Positions 48,876-56,800 of a DNA stretch of 64,000 nt are shown piece after piece. The DNA comes from Clostridia bacterium (GTDB lineage Bacteria; Bacillota; Clostridia; Christensenellales; UBA1242). Each line of letters opens with the position of its first letter. Position 1 is the first letter of the stretch. The stretch spans positions 33,740 through 97,739 of the forward strand of contig JAFZSF010000024.1 in NCBI GenBank assembly GCA_017619495.1, written 5' to 3'. The position numbers were made by a program, and so were the translations under genes. Below the pieces are notes generated by a model, which was not told where the DNA came from, did no database searches, and saw nothing but the letters and a program-made list of their open reading frames with translations.

Positions 48876-49926
48876 GTTCAACTCCTAATATGGCTAAAAT
48901 TTTGGCGCCGACTTGTTCGTAAACATCTTCGATGCTTTGTATCGGGCGACGCAGTTGGCGTTTGGCTTGTTCGTTATATAAGGTAAGAGTCCCTTCCCCC
49001 ACCGTGGCGCGATTAGCTAACATAGATAACAAATCGCCACCGCAGCTAATCGTATTAAACTCATTTAGTAAGCGGTCTTCTTCCTTAGTTAGTTCGTCCG
49101 GAATACTACCCGCTTCCATAAATTTGGGTTCACGGTACCCTTGCTGGTAGACAATGATTTTACCGGGGCACAAACCATCGATTTCTAAACTATCTAAATC
49201 CACACTACCATCTTCTACCGCGACTACTCCACAAGCCATACGACTCATAAACTCAGCACGACGGTTTTTAATGGCATTGTAAGCACGCTGAACGGGGATA
49301 ACACGGTCAACCACAGACTTGCCAAAGAACTGTCCCGCGACCAATTCACTGGTACCACGCACGAAAGGAAACGGATACGGCAATGCGCCATCGTAAACTA
49401 AGGTTTTATCACGAATAATGGTCAAATGGTCGCGCGTCCATTTTTCAATCACCAACTGGTCATCGACATGTTTAGCATGAATAATGGAACTAATTTCGTC
49501 CATGTTCGACACATCTAAACGATTAGGGTAAATTTCAAATGGCGAACAAACGGTCACGATCGGTTGTCCCTCGTTTTTTGTGACCTTGTAAAATACCGAA
49601 CCAGTTACTTCTTGCCAGAAATTTCCTTCTTCCACTAAGCGTTTGAAACGCAACTTTTCCAAAACTGCGCGTACCAATTCATCTTCTACGACCGGTTCGA
49701 CTTCGGCCAAAACCGCCAAACGACTTTCTACCAAAGGGCCGATATGGTTAAAGCTTTCCGTTGATTGCCAATAGTACTGTTTACTATAACCAAGGTATTG
49801 TTCGCCATGGTAAAAATTTAAATTGTTTTTCCATTTGTTTTCCAGACTGATGCGCGCTTGCTTACGGGCTTCATAATCATTAATGACCGCATCAATCAAT
49901 TGCTTTTTACTTTGTTTAGTTTGCAT
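48865..49926 (-). CDS. phage portal protein (short, 353 aa)
   Basis: Follows TerL. N-terminal ..ARKQARISLENKWKNNLNFYHGEQY is a portal-like pattern. GGGAGGAG SD. Confidence 0.65.
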   Translation of the reverse strand: MQTKQSKKQLIDAVINDYEARKQARISLENKWKNNLNFYHGEQYLGYSKQYYWQSTESFNHIGPLVESRLAVLAEVEPVVEDELVRAVLEKLRFKRLVEEGNFWQEVTGSVFYKVTKNEGQPIVTVCSPFEIYPNRLDVSNMDEISSIIHAKHVDDQLVIEKWTRDHLTIIRDKTLVYDGALPYPFPFVRGTSELVAGQFFGKSVVDRVIPVQRAYNAIKNRRAEFMSRMACGVVAVEDGSVDLDSLEIDGLCPGKIIVYQQGYREPKFMEAGSIPDELTKEEDRLLNEFNTISCGGDLLSMLANRATVGEGTLTLYNEQAKRQLRRPIQSIEDVYEQVGAKILAILGVEHGN

Positions 49927-49961
49927 TACTCCTCCCTGACAGCATTAAAACATAACTTTGC

Positions 49962-51428
49962 TTAACTGAATCGTTTTACTGCCATCGATTTAATTAAATC
50001 TTTTTTTGCTTGTCCCAAGGTATTCAGTGGTACCGGCTGTTTGTGACTAACACGCACCCAATCCATCACGATGTAACGCAAGGCATCAATAGTATGGTCA
50101 TTAACTTTTTGTGGCTGTTCACCATCACCCCAGTAATAGCCATGCAATTCATCAATTAAATGCACACAGTTTTTCCAAACGAATAAATTACGCTTGCCTG
50201 CTGCATTACCAAATTGTGCTTTCATTTCCAACAGACCTTGTGCCAAATTTTTGTTAACATTAGTATCCACCGGCACACCATAATCACGATATTGCGTCGC
50301 GGTGGAAACTTCGCAAGCCGAAGTTTTTTGGTTAGCCGCACTGTCAATCAAAATTTTAACCTGTCCTAAGTGCCACCCTAAATCGCGGGTGCGTGCCAAA
50401 ATCGCACGGCAGTGGTCACTCACGGTTAAACCCGCTACTTCGTAATCACTGACCACATATAAATGTTCACCAACTACCGCGACCCAAACTACGGCCGTCG
50501 GGTTACGGTAACCAGGGTCAATTCCAATGTAATACGCATCGGCATGTTCCAGTACAAATGGTTCAATCACATTTTCAGCGGTAAAGTTAGGAAACACCAA
50601 ACCTTCCGCCGCCACAAAGTGACCATGTTGACGACTTTCTAACACCTCGGGTGGTAAATTAGCAATCAGAAATTGTTTTTCAGCAGGCGATAAATATGGA
50701 TTATCGTCCCAACTCATCCAGAAGCACGCCAAATCAGGCTGTTGTGCGGCGCGTAAATAGATGCGATTATAAACCCAACTGCGTCCTTTTAACGGCGTCA
50801 TGGTAACCCAATGCACTCCACCACGATCTAACAGTCGCAACAAACATTCGTCATAAATATCGGCAGGTGGCTCTTCATCAAACCAAACATAATCCAATGA
50901 AACGCCTTGAAAGCGTTCCCGCCCCTGTTCACAATTCCGAAAACCAATTTTACTCACCGTACCAAACACATTACGCACCAAAATAAAATCGATTACCCCG
51001 TGAGCGGGTGCAAACGAACTGCCCGACACCATGACGGTTTTTACAATCCATTCGGGTGGTAAGTATTGTAAGATTTTGGCCTGCGCAACATCGCGTTGCA
51101 CTTGGCGTGTCAAGCTAACCACCCAACCGTCCATCGCATGGTCAATTTTAATAAACGGGTGTAAACCAGTGGCGTACCAAATTGTTTCCATCGCCCCACA
51201 AACGCTTTTACCTGTCCGGTTACCACCAAACACAAACCGGCTTTTAGCCAACGATTGATGAAATTTTAATTGTTTTTCATGCAAGCGTGGCGGTTCATGC
51301 AAAGAATTAGTTTTTACTGCCGTATTCGGTCTAATTTGGGGCTGTATCGCCAAATGCGTCCAATCGTTATAATGTAACAGTGGCGCATCAGCCGACAAAC
51401 TTTTTAAGTTGATGACATCATTTTCCAT
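49962..51428 (-). CDS. phage terminase large subunit
   Basis: Walker A GGNRTGKS, Walker B LDYVWFDEEP, nuclease motifs YYIGIDPG, IDSAAN and NDHTIDALRY. Start set at MENDV, after GGAG plus 6 nt. Confidence 0.9.
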   Translation of the reverse strand: MENDVINLKSLSADAPLLHYNDWTHLAIQPQIRPNTAVKTNSLHEPPRLHEKQLKFHQSLAKSRFVFGGNRTGKSVCGAMETIWYATGLHPFIKIDHAMDGWVVSLTRQVQRDVAQAKILQYLPPEWIVKTVMVSGSSFAPAHGVIDFILVRNVFGTVSKIGFRNCEQGRERFQGVSLDYVWFDEEPPADIYDECLLRLLDRGGVHWVTMTPLKGRSWVYNRIYLRAAQQPDLACFWMSWDDNPYLSPAEKQFLIANLPPEVLESRQHGHFVAAEGLVFPNFTAENVIEPFVLEHADAYYIGIDPGYRNPTAVVWVAVVGEHLYVVSDYEVAGLTVSDHCRAILARTRDLGWHLGQVKILIDSAANQKTSACEVSTATQYRDYGVPVDTNVNKNLAQGLLEMKAQFGNAAGKRNLFVWKNCVHLIDELHGYYWGDGEQPQKVNDHTIDALRYIVMDWVRVSHKQPVPLNTLGQAKKDLIKSMAVKRFS

Positions 51429-51461
51429 AATTTTCTCCGTGTTACCATTTATCATGGCACC

Positions 51462-51680
51462 ATGTATCCGTTGTATTTTGGCATTTGTTTATTGTTTTCC
51501 GTTGGTATGCTGGTCGGTTTGGTCTTATTAGCAATTTTTCCGATTAATCTACCCGTAGTAGTTAAAACGGCTAAACAAACACGACCCCTTGTTCAGCATC
51601 GTAAAGCCCGCAGTCCGACCCACCATACCACCATCAACTATTGGGATCCGCCTTGGGCGGACGATGATGATGACCTTTAA
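51462..51680 (+). CDS. possible small membrane protein with a poly-Asp C-terminus (72 aa)
   Basis: ORF-track ORF with one TM and ending WADDDDDL. No SD or promoter seen; may be non-coding leader of the TerL operon. Confidence 0.25.
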   Translation: MYPLYFGICLLFSVGMLVGLVLLAIFPINLPVVVKTAKQTRPLVQHRKARSPTHHTTINYWDPPWADDDDDL

Positions 51681-51689
51681 CCATAACAT

Positions 51690-51718
51690 AAAAAAAAGCA
51701 GCTACCTCTGGTAACTGC
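51690..51718 (-). terminator. rho-independent terminator of sigK
   Basis: Minus strand GCAGTTACC-aga-GGTAGCTGC (one mismatch) followed by TTTTTTTT. Confidence 0.65.
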
Positions 51719-51742
51719 CACCCAATTAGGTCATATTAAAAT

Positions 51743-52453
51743 TTAACGAAAATCTTTGAAGTTAGGTTCATGGACAATTTGTTGCACAATTTCCAAAGCG
51801 TGCTTTTCAATCCGCGAAATGTAACTGCGACTGATGTTTAGTTGTTGTGCAACTTCGCGTTGCGGTAACGCTACATGATCGTTCAAACCATAACGCAGAC
51901 TAATAATTTTGAATTCGCGTTCACTCAAACGCGCACGCATTGCGGTGATTAGTTTTTGCATTAATTGTCGGTGCATGGCTTCATCAATATCACTCTGCTC
52001 GCGATCATCAGTAATGATATCGACCAAGCAGATTTCGTTGCCATCATGGTCATCGCCCAGGCTTTCATTCAAAGAACCAACTTGCTGGTGTTTTTTAGAA
52101 ACCCGCAAAAACATTAAGACTTCATTTTCAATACAGCGTGACGCATAAGTTGAAATCTGAGTGCCTTTGTCCGCCTTGAAAGAGTTAATGGCTTTAATTA
52201 AACCAATTGTACCACACGAAATTAAATCGTCGGCTTCGGCTGCCCCATTATACTTTTTTACCACATGGGCCACCAGCCGTAAGTTATGGCGGATTAAAAT
52301 ATCCTTAGCTTGCATGTCGCCATGCCAGAATTTTTGAAAATAGTCCAACTCTTCTTTTTTCGATAATGGTTTAGGAAAGGATTTTTTATCGTTAACTAAC
52401 CCCGAGAAGAAAAGTACTTTACTTAAAAAAGTAATGAAATTTTCAAAAATCAT
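51743..52453 (-). CDS. sigK: sporulation sigma factor SigK (uninterrupted, with pro-sequence)
   Basis: FPKPLSKKEE, HNLRLVAHVVKKY, CIENEVLMFLR, ISRSYISRIEKHAL. No spoIIGA upstream. AC-17-CATATAGA lies 7 nt before the ATG at 52453. Confidence 0.8.
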   Translation of the reverse strand: MIFENFITFLSKVLFFSGLVNDKKSFPKPLSKKEELDYFQKFWHGDMQAKDILIRHNLRLVAHVVKKYNGAAEADDLISCGTIGLIKAINSFKADKGTQISTYASRCIENEVLMFLRVSKKHQQVGSLNESLGDDHDGNEICLVDIITDDREQSDIDEAMHRQLMQKLITAMRARLSEREFKIISLRYGLNDHVALPQREVAQQLNISRSYISRIEKHALEIVQQIVHEPNFKDFR

Positions 52454-52489
52454 ATCACACTCTATATGCGGACGCAACGAAAAGTGTGA

Positions 52490-53959
52490 CTATAACAAGA
52501 TACAAATAATTCCGCCTTTACCATTGTTGACCACTTTACCGATCGTGCGTTTCATTTGTTTCATTGCATTGGCTGGCATATTGGCAATTTTGGCGCCAAC
52601 TCCTTCTTGCATGATTTCGTCCAATGATTTACCAAAAATTGGTGTTTGCCAAACGGCTTCTTTGTTCGTTTCGTATTCGTGCTTCAAAAATTCCAACATT
52701 TCTTTGGATTGTTCTTGGGTACCAATGGTCGGGGTGACTTCACTACCGACATCAACTTTAATAATATGCAAGCTGGGTGCGGTTGCGCGTAATTTCAAAC
52801 CGTAGTTTTTGCCGTGTTTGTATAGACGCGGAGTGTCTAATTTATAGCTATCCAGTGTCGGTACCACCACGCCATAGCCCTTAGTTTCTGCAGCATCAAT
52901 GGCGTCTTTTAACTTGTCATATTCTTTGGCTTTACCAGCGGCTTTTTGAATGTATGCCATTAAGTGTTGTTCATTTTGGATATTTAACCCACTTTCGGCG
53001 GAAATCAATTTGAAATACAAATCGTTTTTCGGCACCAAATTGTACACAATTGTACCTGTAGCAACATCAATTTCGCTCGTTTCGACGGCACTAAAATATG
53101 GACTATCGGCACAAACATTAGACGGACGATTATCCGCGATACGACGCACGGTTTTCGTATAACGACGCAAGCGTTCAATGGCATCGCCAATCACAGGGTG
53201 ATTAACTGGCATAACTTGCAACCAAGATGGCATATTAACTTTGAAACCAGTTACCGGAAATTCCGCTAAAATTCCGTCAAAGATAGCACCGATATCATCA
53301 ATACCCAAATTTTCTAAATCAATACCCAATACCTGTACACCAAACTTTTCACGAATTTCTTGGCAGACATTTTCGCAGGTTTTATCATTGGGGCGTTTAC
53401 TGTTAACCACTACCACAAAAGGTTTACCATATTGTTTTAATTCAAAGATCACCTTGGCTTCGGCTGCTACATAATTGGCGCGTGGTAAATCGTTAATCGT
53501 ACCATCAGTCGTTACCACCACCGCAATCGTACTATGATCAACAATGACTTTGCGCGTACCAATTTCCGCCGCTTGATCAAAAGGCATTTCGACATCACTC
53601 CACGGCGTTTTTACATTACGAATATGACCGCCATCTTCCAAGCCACTGACGCCATCAATCATGAATCCAACACAATCTATCATACGCACCCGCATTGATG
53701 CATCACCCACCTTAATTGCGACCGCGCGGTTTGGAACAAATTTTGGTTGGGTCGTCATAACCGCTGTACCATCAGCCGATTGCGGCAATTCGTCAATCAC
53801 GCGTTGCTGTTCGTAACTATCTTCGATGTTAGGAATCGCCAATTGCTGCATGAATTTGGTAATAAAAGTGGACTTACCACAACGAACTGGCCCCACTACT
53901 CCCAAATAAATGTCCCCATGTGTACGGGTGGCTATATTTTCAAAAACTTGATTGTTCAT
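52490..53959 (-). CDS. spoIVA: stage IV sporulation protein A
   Basis: MNNQVFENIATRTHGDIYLGVVGPVRCGKSTFITKFM aligns with the B. subtilis SpoIVA N-terminus and Walker A. Confidence 0.95.
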   Translation of the reverse strand: MNNQVFENIATRTHGDIYLGVVGPVRCGKSTFITKFMQQLAIPNIEDSYEQQRVIDELPQSADGTAVMTTQPKFVPNRAVAIKVGDASMRVRMIDCVGFMIDGVSGLEDGGHIRNVKTPWSDVEMPFDQAAEIGTRKVIVDHSTIAVVVTTDGTINDLPRANYVAAEAKVIFELKQYGKPFVVVVNSKRPNDKTCENVCQEIREKFGVQVLGIDLENLGIDDIGAIFDGILAEFPVTGFKVNMPSWLQVMPVNHPVIGDAIERLRRYTKTVRRIADNRPSNVCADSPYFSAVETSEIDVATGTIVYNLVPKNDLYFKLISAESGLNIQNEQHLMAYIQKAAGKAKEYDKLKDAIDAAETKGYGVVVPTLDSYKLDTPRLYKHGKNYGLKLRATAPSLHIIKVDVGSEVTPTIGTQEQSKEMLEFLKHEYETNKEAVWQTPIFGKSLDEIMQEGVGAKIANMPANAMKQMKRTIGKVVNNGKGGIICILL

Positions 53960-54011
53960 AGCCATGATTATGAATGGCACAATCAGGTTATAACTTAAAA
54001 TTTAACAATCT

Positions 54012-54707
54012 TTAATTAGCTGAATTTTCTGTTGTGGGTGTGGCCGGATTCTCCGTAGGTACTGACGGCGTCTTTTTTTTCAAAATAAATTTATTTTCTT
54101 TACCAGTAAACAAACGAACAATGTTTTTACGGTGCGAATACACAATTAATCCAACACAAACACAATACAAAACGATAACGACCGCATTTTTGGGTGCTTC
54201 AATACACAAAGATAAAATCGCCCAAGTGATAACACCCAACACAGTTGACAAAGACATAATATGAGTAATCGCCAACAGCGGAATATAAATTGCTGCTACC
54301 ACTAACATAACCAACGGGTTCAAAACGAAGGATAATCCGATCCAAGTTGCCAAACCTTTACCACCTTTGAAACGATACCAAACTGGGAAGATTGAACCAA
54401 AGATCGCACTAATTCCCATTGCCAAAATTACAATGTAGTGACTAACGGTATACCAAGTAAAGTGACCGGTATAAAGACTGACAAATAAATAACCCAAACC
54501 AGCAACACTGGCACACTTCAAGCATTCCAAAACCGTGACCAATAAAAACCATTTGAATCCCATTGCGCGGCCAACATTGGTCGCCCCTGCATTGCCAGAA
54601 CCCACTTTGGATAAATCCACATGGCGAATTTTGGTAACAGTTTTTGCTACATTAAAGCCACCAATCAAATATGCGATTGGACATAATAGTAATAACCACC
54701 AATACAT
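54012..54707 (-). CDS. plsY: glycerol-3-phosphate acyltransferase PlsY
   Basis: GSGNAGATNVGRA motif; polytopic membrane protein. Confidence 0.9.
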   Translation of the reverse strand: MYWWLLLLCPIAYLIGGFNVAKTVTKIRHVDLSKVGSGNAGATNVGRAMGFKWFLLVTVLECLKCASVAGLGYLFVSLYTGHFTWYTVSHYIVILAMGISAIFGSIFPVWYRFKGGKGLATWIGLSFVLNPLVMLVVAAIYIPLLAITHIMSLSTVLGVITWAILSLCIEAPKNAVVIVLYCVCVGLIVYSHRKNIVRLFTGKENKFILKKKTPSVPTENPATPTTENSAN

Positions 54708-56038
54708 TATTCCTTCTCCCTGTTTCTTAATAAGAGTTTAACCGGAGTACCAGAAAAATCAACTGATTTACGCAAAGTATTTTCCAAATAGCGTAAATAA
54801 GTGCGACCAACCAAATTTTTGTTATTAACGAACAAGGCAAAGGTCGGCGGCGCTACGGTAACTTGGGTTGCATATAAAAATTTCGGACGACCGGCCGCCT
54901 TAAAAGGAGGTGGTGTCATCGCCACAGCGTCCAGAATTATGTCGTTCAATTGACCGGTCGTAATACGGCGTTCGGTATTGGTCAAAACCTTTTCTACCGT
55001 AGTCATGACTTCACCAATGCGCTGTCCCGTCAAAGCCGAAATATAAATAGCTTGATAATACGGCATAAACGCTAAATCAACCGCTAGCTTTTTGTTAAAT
55101 TCCAGTTGCGTGTAACTATCTTTTTCTACGATATCCCATTTGTTAATGATAATCACAGACGGCTTACCTGCTTCGTGGATATAGCCTGCCAAACGCACAT
55201 CTTGTTCGGTCAATCCTTGGGTCGCGTCCACCACCAACAATACAACATCACTATTTTTAATACTGTGGATCGCGCGCAAAACGCTATAATATTCGACGGT
55301 TTCCACTTCAACACTGCGCTTGCGACGAATGCCTGCGGTATCGGTCAAAATGTAAGGTTTGCCGCAATAATTAAACGGACTATCCACCGCATCACGCGTT
55401 GTACCCGCGATATCACTGACCATTACCCGCTTTTCGCCTAACAAAGCGTTAACCAAAGAACTTTTACCGGCATTCGGACGCCCAATAATCGCAATGCGTT
55501 TCACATTAGCCAAAGGTTGTGGGTGTAATAAATTTTTCGCGCGTAATTTTTGCACCACCGAATCTAACAAATCACCTAATCCCGTCTTTTGTGCGCAAGA
55601 AACTGGTAATGGGTCACCAACACCTAATTTGTAAAATTCCGCCAAAGTATTGTCGCGTAAGGTTTGGTTATCCAATTTGTTAACACATAACACTAATGGC
55701 TTATTAAAACTGCGTAACAGTTTTACTACTTTCATATCATCGGTGGTTACACCTACCATGCCATCTACCACGAAGACCACGACATCGGCAATGCCAACCG
55801 CAATTTCGACCTGTTCTTTAATGTGTGCATTAAAAACACCCTCTTCAAACGAAACCCCGCCCGTATCAACCAAAGAAAAGTTATTACCACACCATTCACA
55901 ATCGGCGTAGATGCGGTCACGGGTCACCCCTGGTTGATCATCAACAATACTTTTGCCATTTTCCGAAATGGTATTAAACAAAGTGGACTTCCCCACATTC
56001 GGGCGTCCCACTAAAGCGACAACTGGAACCTTAGCCAA
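54707..56038 (-). CDS. der: ribosome-associated GTPase Der/EngA
   Basis: Two GTPase domains (GRPNVGKST and GRPNAGKSS) plus a KH-like C-terminus. Confidence 0.95.
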   Translation of the reverse strand: MAKVPVVALVGRPNVGKSTLFNTISENGKSIVDDQPGVTRDRIYADCEWCGNNFSLVDTGGVSFEEGVFNAHIKEQVEIAVGIADVVVFVVDGMVGVTTDDMKVVKLLRSFNKPLVLCVNKLDNQTLRDNTLAEFYKLGVGDPLPVSCAQKTGLGDLLDSVVQKLRAKNLLHPQPLANVKRIAIIGRPNAGKSSLVNALLGEKRVMVSDIAGTTRDAVDSPFNYCGKPYILTDTAGIRRKRSVEVETVEYYSVLRAIHSIKNSDVVLLVVDATQGLTEQDVRLAGYIHEAGKPSVIIINKWDIVEKDSYTQLEFNKKLAVDLAFMPYYQAIYISALTGQRIGEVMTTVEKVLTNTERRITTGQLNDIILDAVAMTPPPFKAAGRPKFLYATQVTVAPPTFALFVNNKNLVGRTYLRYLENTLRKSVDFSGTPVKLLLRNREKE

Positions 56039-56456
56039 CTTGCACCACCTTTAAGCCTGCATATTGCGCAATGGCATCACTGTATCGGTCAGGATAACCT
56101 TTTTTATAATAAATTGTATCAACACCGACCACCGCTAAATTCTTCATGCAAATAATACACGGTTTATGCGTGCAATAAACTGTCGCCCCACTCAAAGCAA
56201 TCCCATCGCGCGCGGCTTCACAGACACAACGCGTTTCCGCACAAACGGCATTACAAAAACCCGCCGCAGTACCACTGGGGATATGATTAATTTCACGCAA
56301 ACACCCACCAATGGCAGCACAGTCTGACGCGCCTTCCACTTGTCCGTTAACACCGGAAACCAAAACCTTACCGTCACGCACTATCACACAACCAACATGG
56401 TGACGCCCACAATGTGAAGTCTTGGCCAGTTCTTCCGCCATCTGCATATAATCCAT
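56031..56456 (-). CDS. cytidine/deoxycytidylate deaminase family protein
   Basis: CAE..PCIICMK zinc motifs. Start set at MDYMQM, 7 nt after TATACT (TTTACT-17-TATACT at 56492..56464). Confidence 0.75.
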   Translation of the reverse strand: MDYMQMAEELAKTSHCGRHHVGCVIVRDGKVLVSGVNGQVEGASDCAAIGGCLREINHIPSGTAAGFCNAVCAETRCVCEAARDGIALSGATVYCTHKPCIICMKNLAVVGVDTIYYKKGYPDRYSDAIAQYAGLKVVQVG

Positions 56457-56542
56457 CAAACTTAGTATAACCAAAATTTGGGTGGCAGTAAAACGATTGT
56501 TACTTAACTTTCTGTGTTATGGTAGCGCACAAGGAGGATTAA

Positions 56543-56800
56543 ATGAAAATTAAACCATTGTTTGACAGAATACTGTGTAAACCTGTCATTGAACGCACCA
56601 GCCAAGGTGGTATTTACATACCCACCACTAATGCGGAACGCCATCAAATTATGACGGTGGTCGAAGTTGGCAGTGGCGCCCCCGTCGCGGTGGGCGATAA
56701 AATTATTATCAACAAATACGCCGGCGCGGAAATTGCCACCAACAACGAAAAATTATATTTAGTACAAAATTTTGATATTATCGGGGTGATTTATGAATAA
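56543..56800 (+). CDS. groES: co-chaperonin GroES
   Basis: MKIKPLFDRILCKP..; AAGGAGG SD. Confidence 0.9.
   Translation: MKIKPLFDRILCKPVIERTSQGGIYIPTTNAERHQIMTVVEVGSGAPVAVGDKIIINKYAGAEIATNNEKLYLVQNFDIIGVIYE

Larger units (their letters stand above)
45705..51455 (-). mobile_element. phage-derived head/DNA-packaging gene module (no integration, tail, lysis or regulatory genes recognised)
   Basis: Eight co-directional coupled ORFs: TerL, portal, scaffold, coat and 4 unknowns. Bounded by the pnp promoter and the sigK terminator. Confidence 0.6.

Noticed and set aside
51743-52477. skin-like prophage interruption of sigK, suggested by the adjacent phage genes
   Set aside because: sigK is a single uninterrupted ORF containing regions 2 to 4 and is followed by its own terminator. 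The phage-like module lies downstream of the gene, not within it, and no recombinase is present.
56475-56542. CIRCE/HrcA operator upstream of groES
   Set aside because: No match to TTAGCACTC-N9-GAGTGCTAA or any comparable inverted repeat in the 68-bp region.
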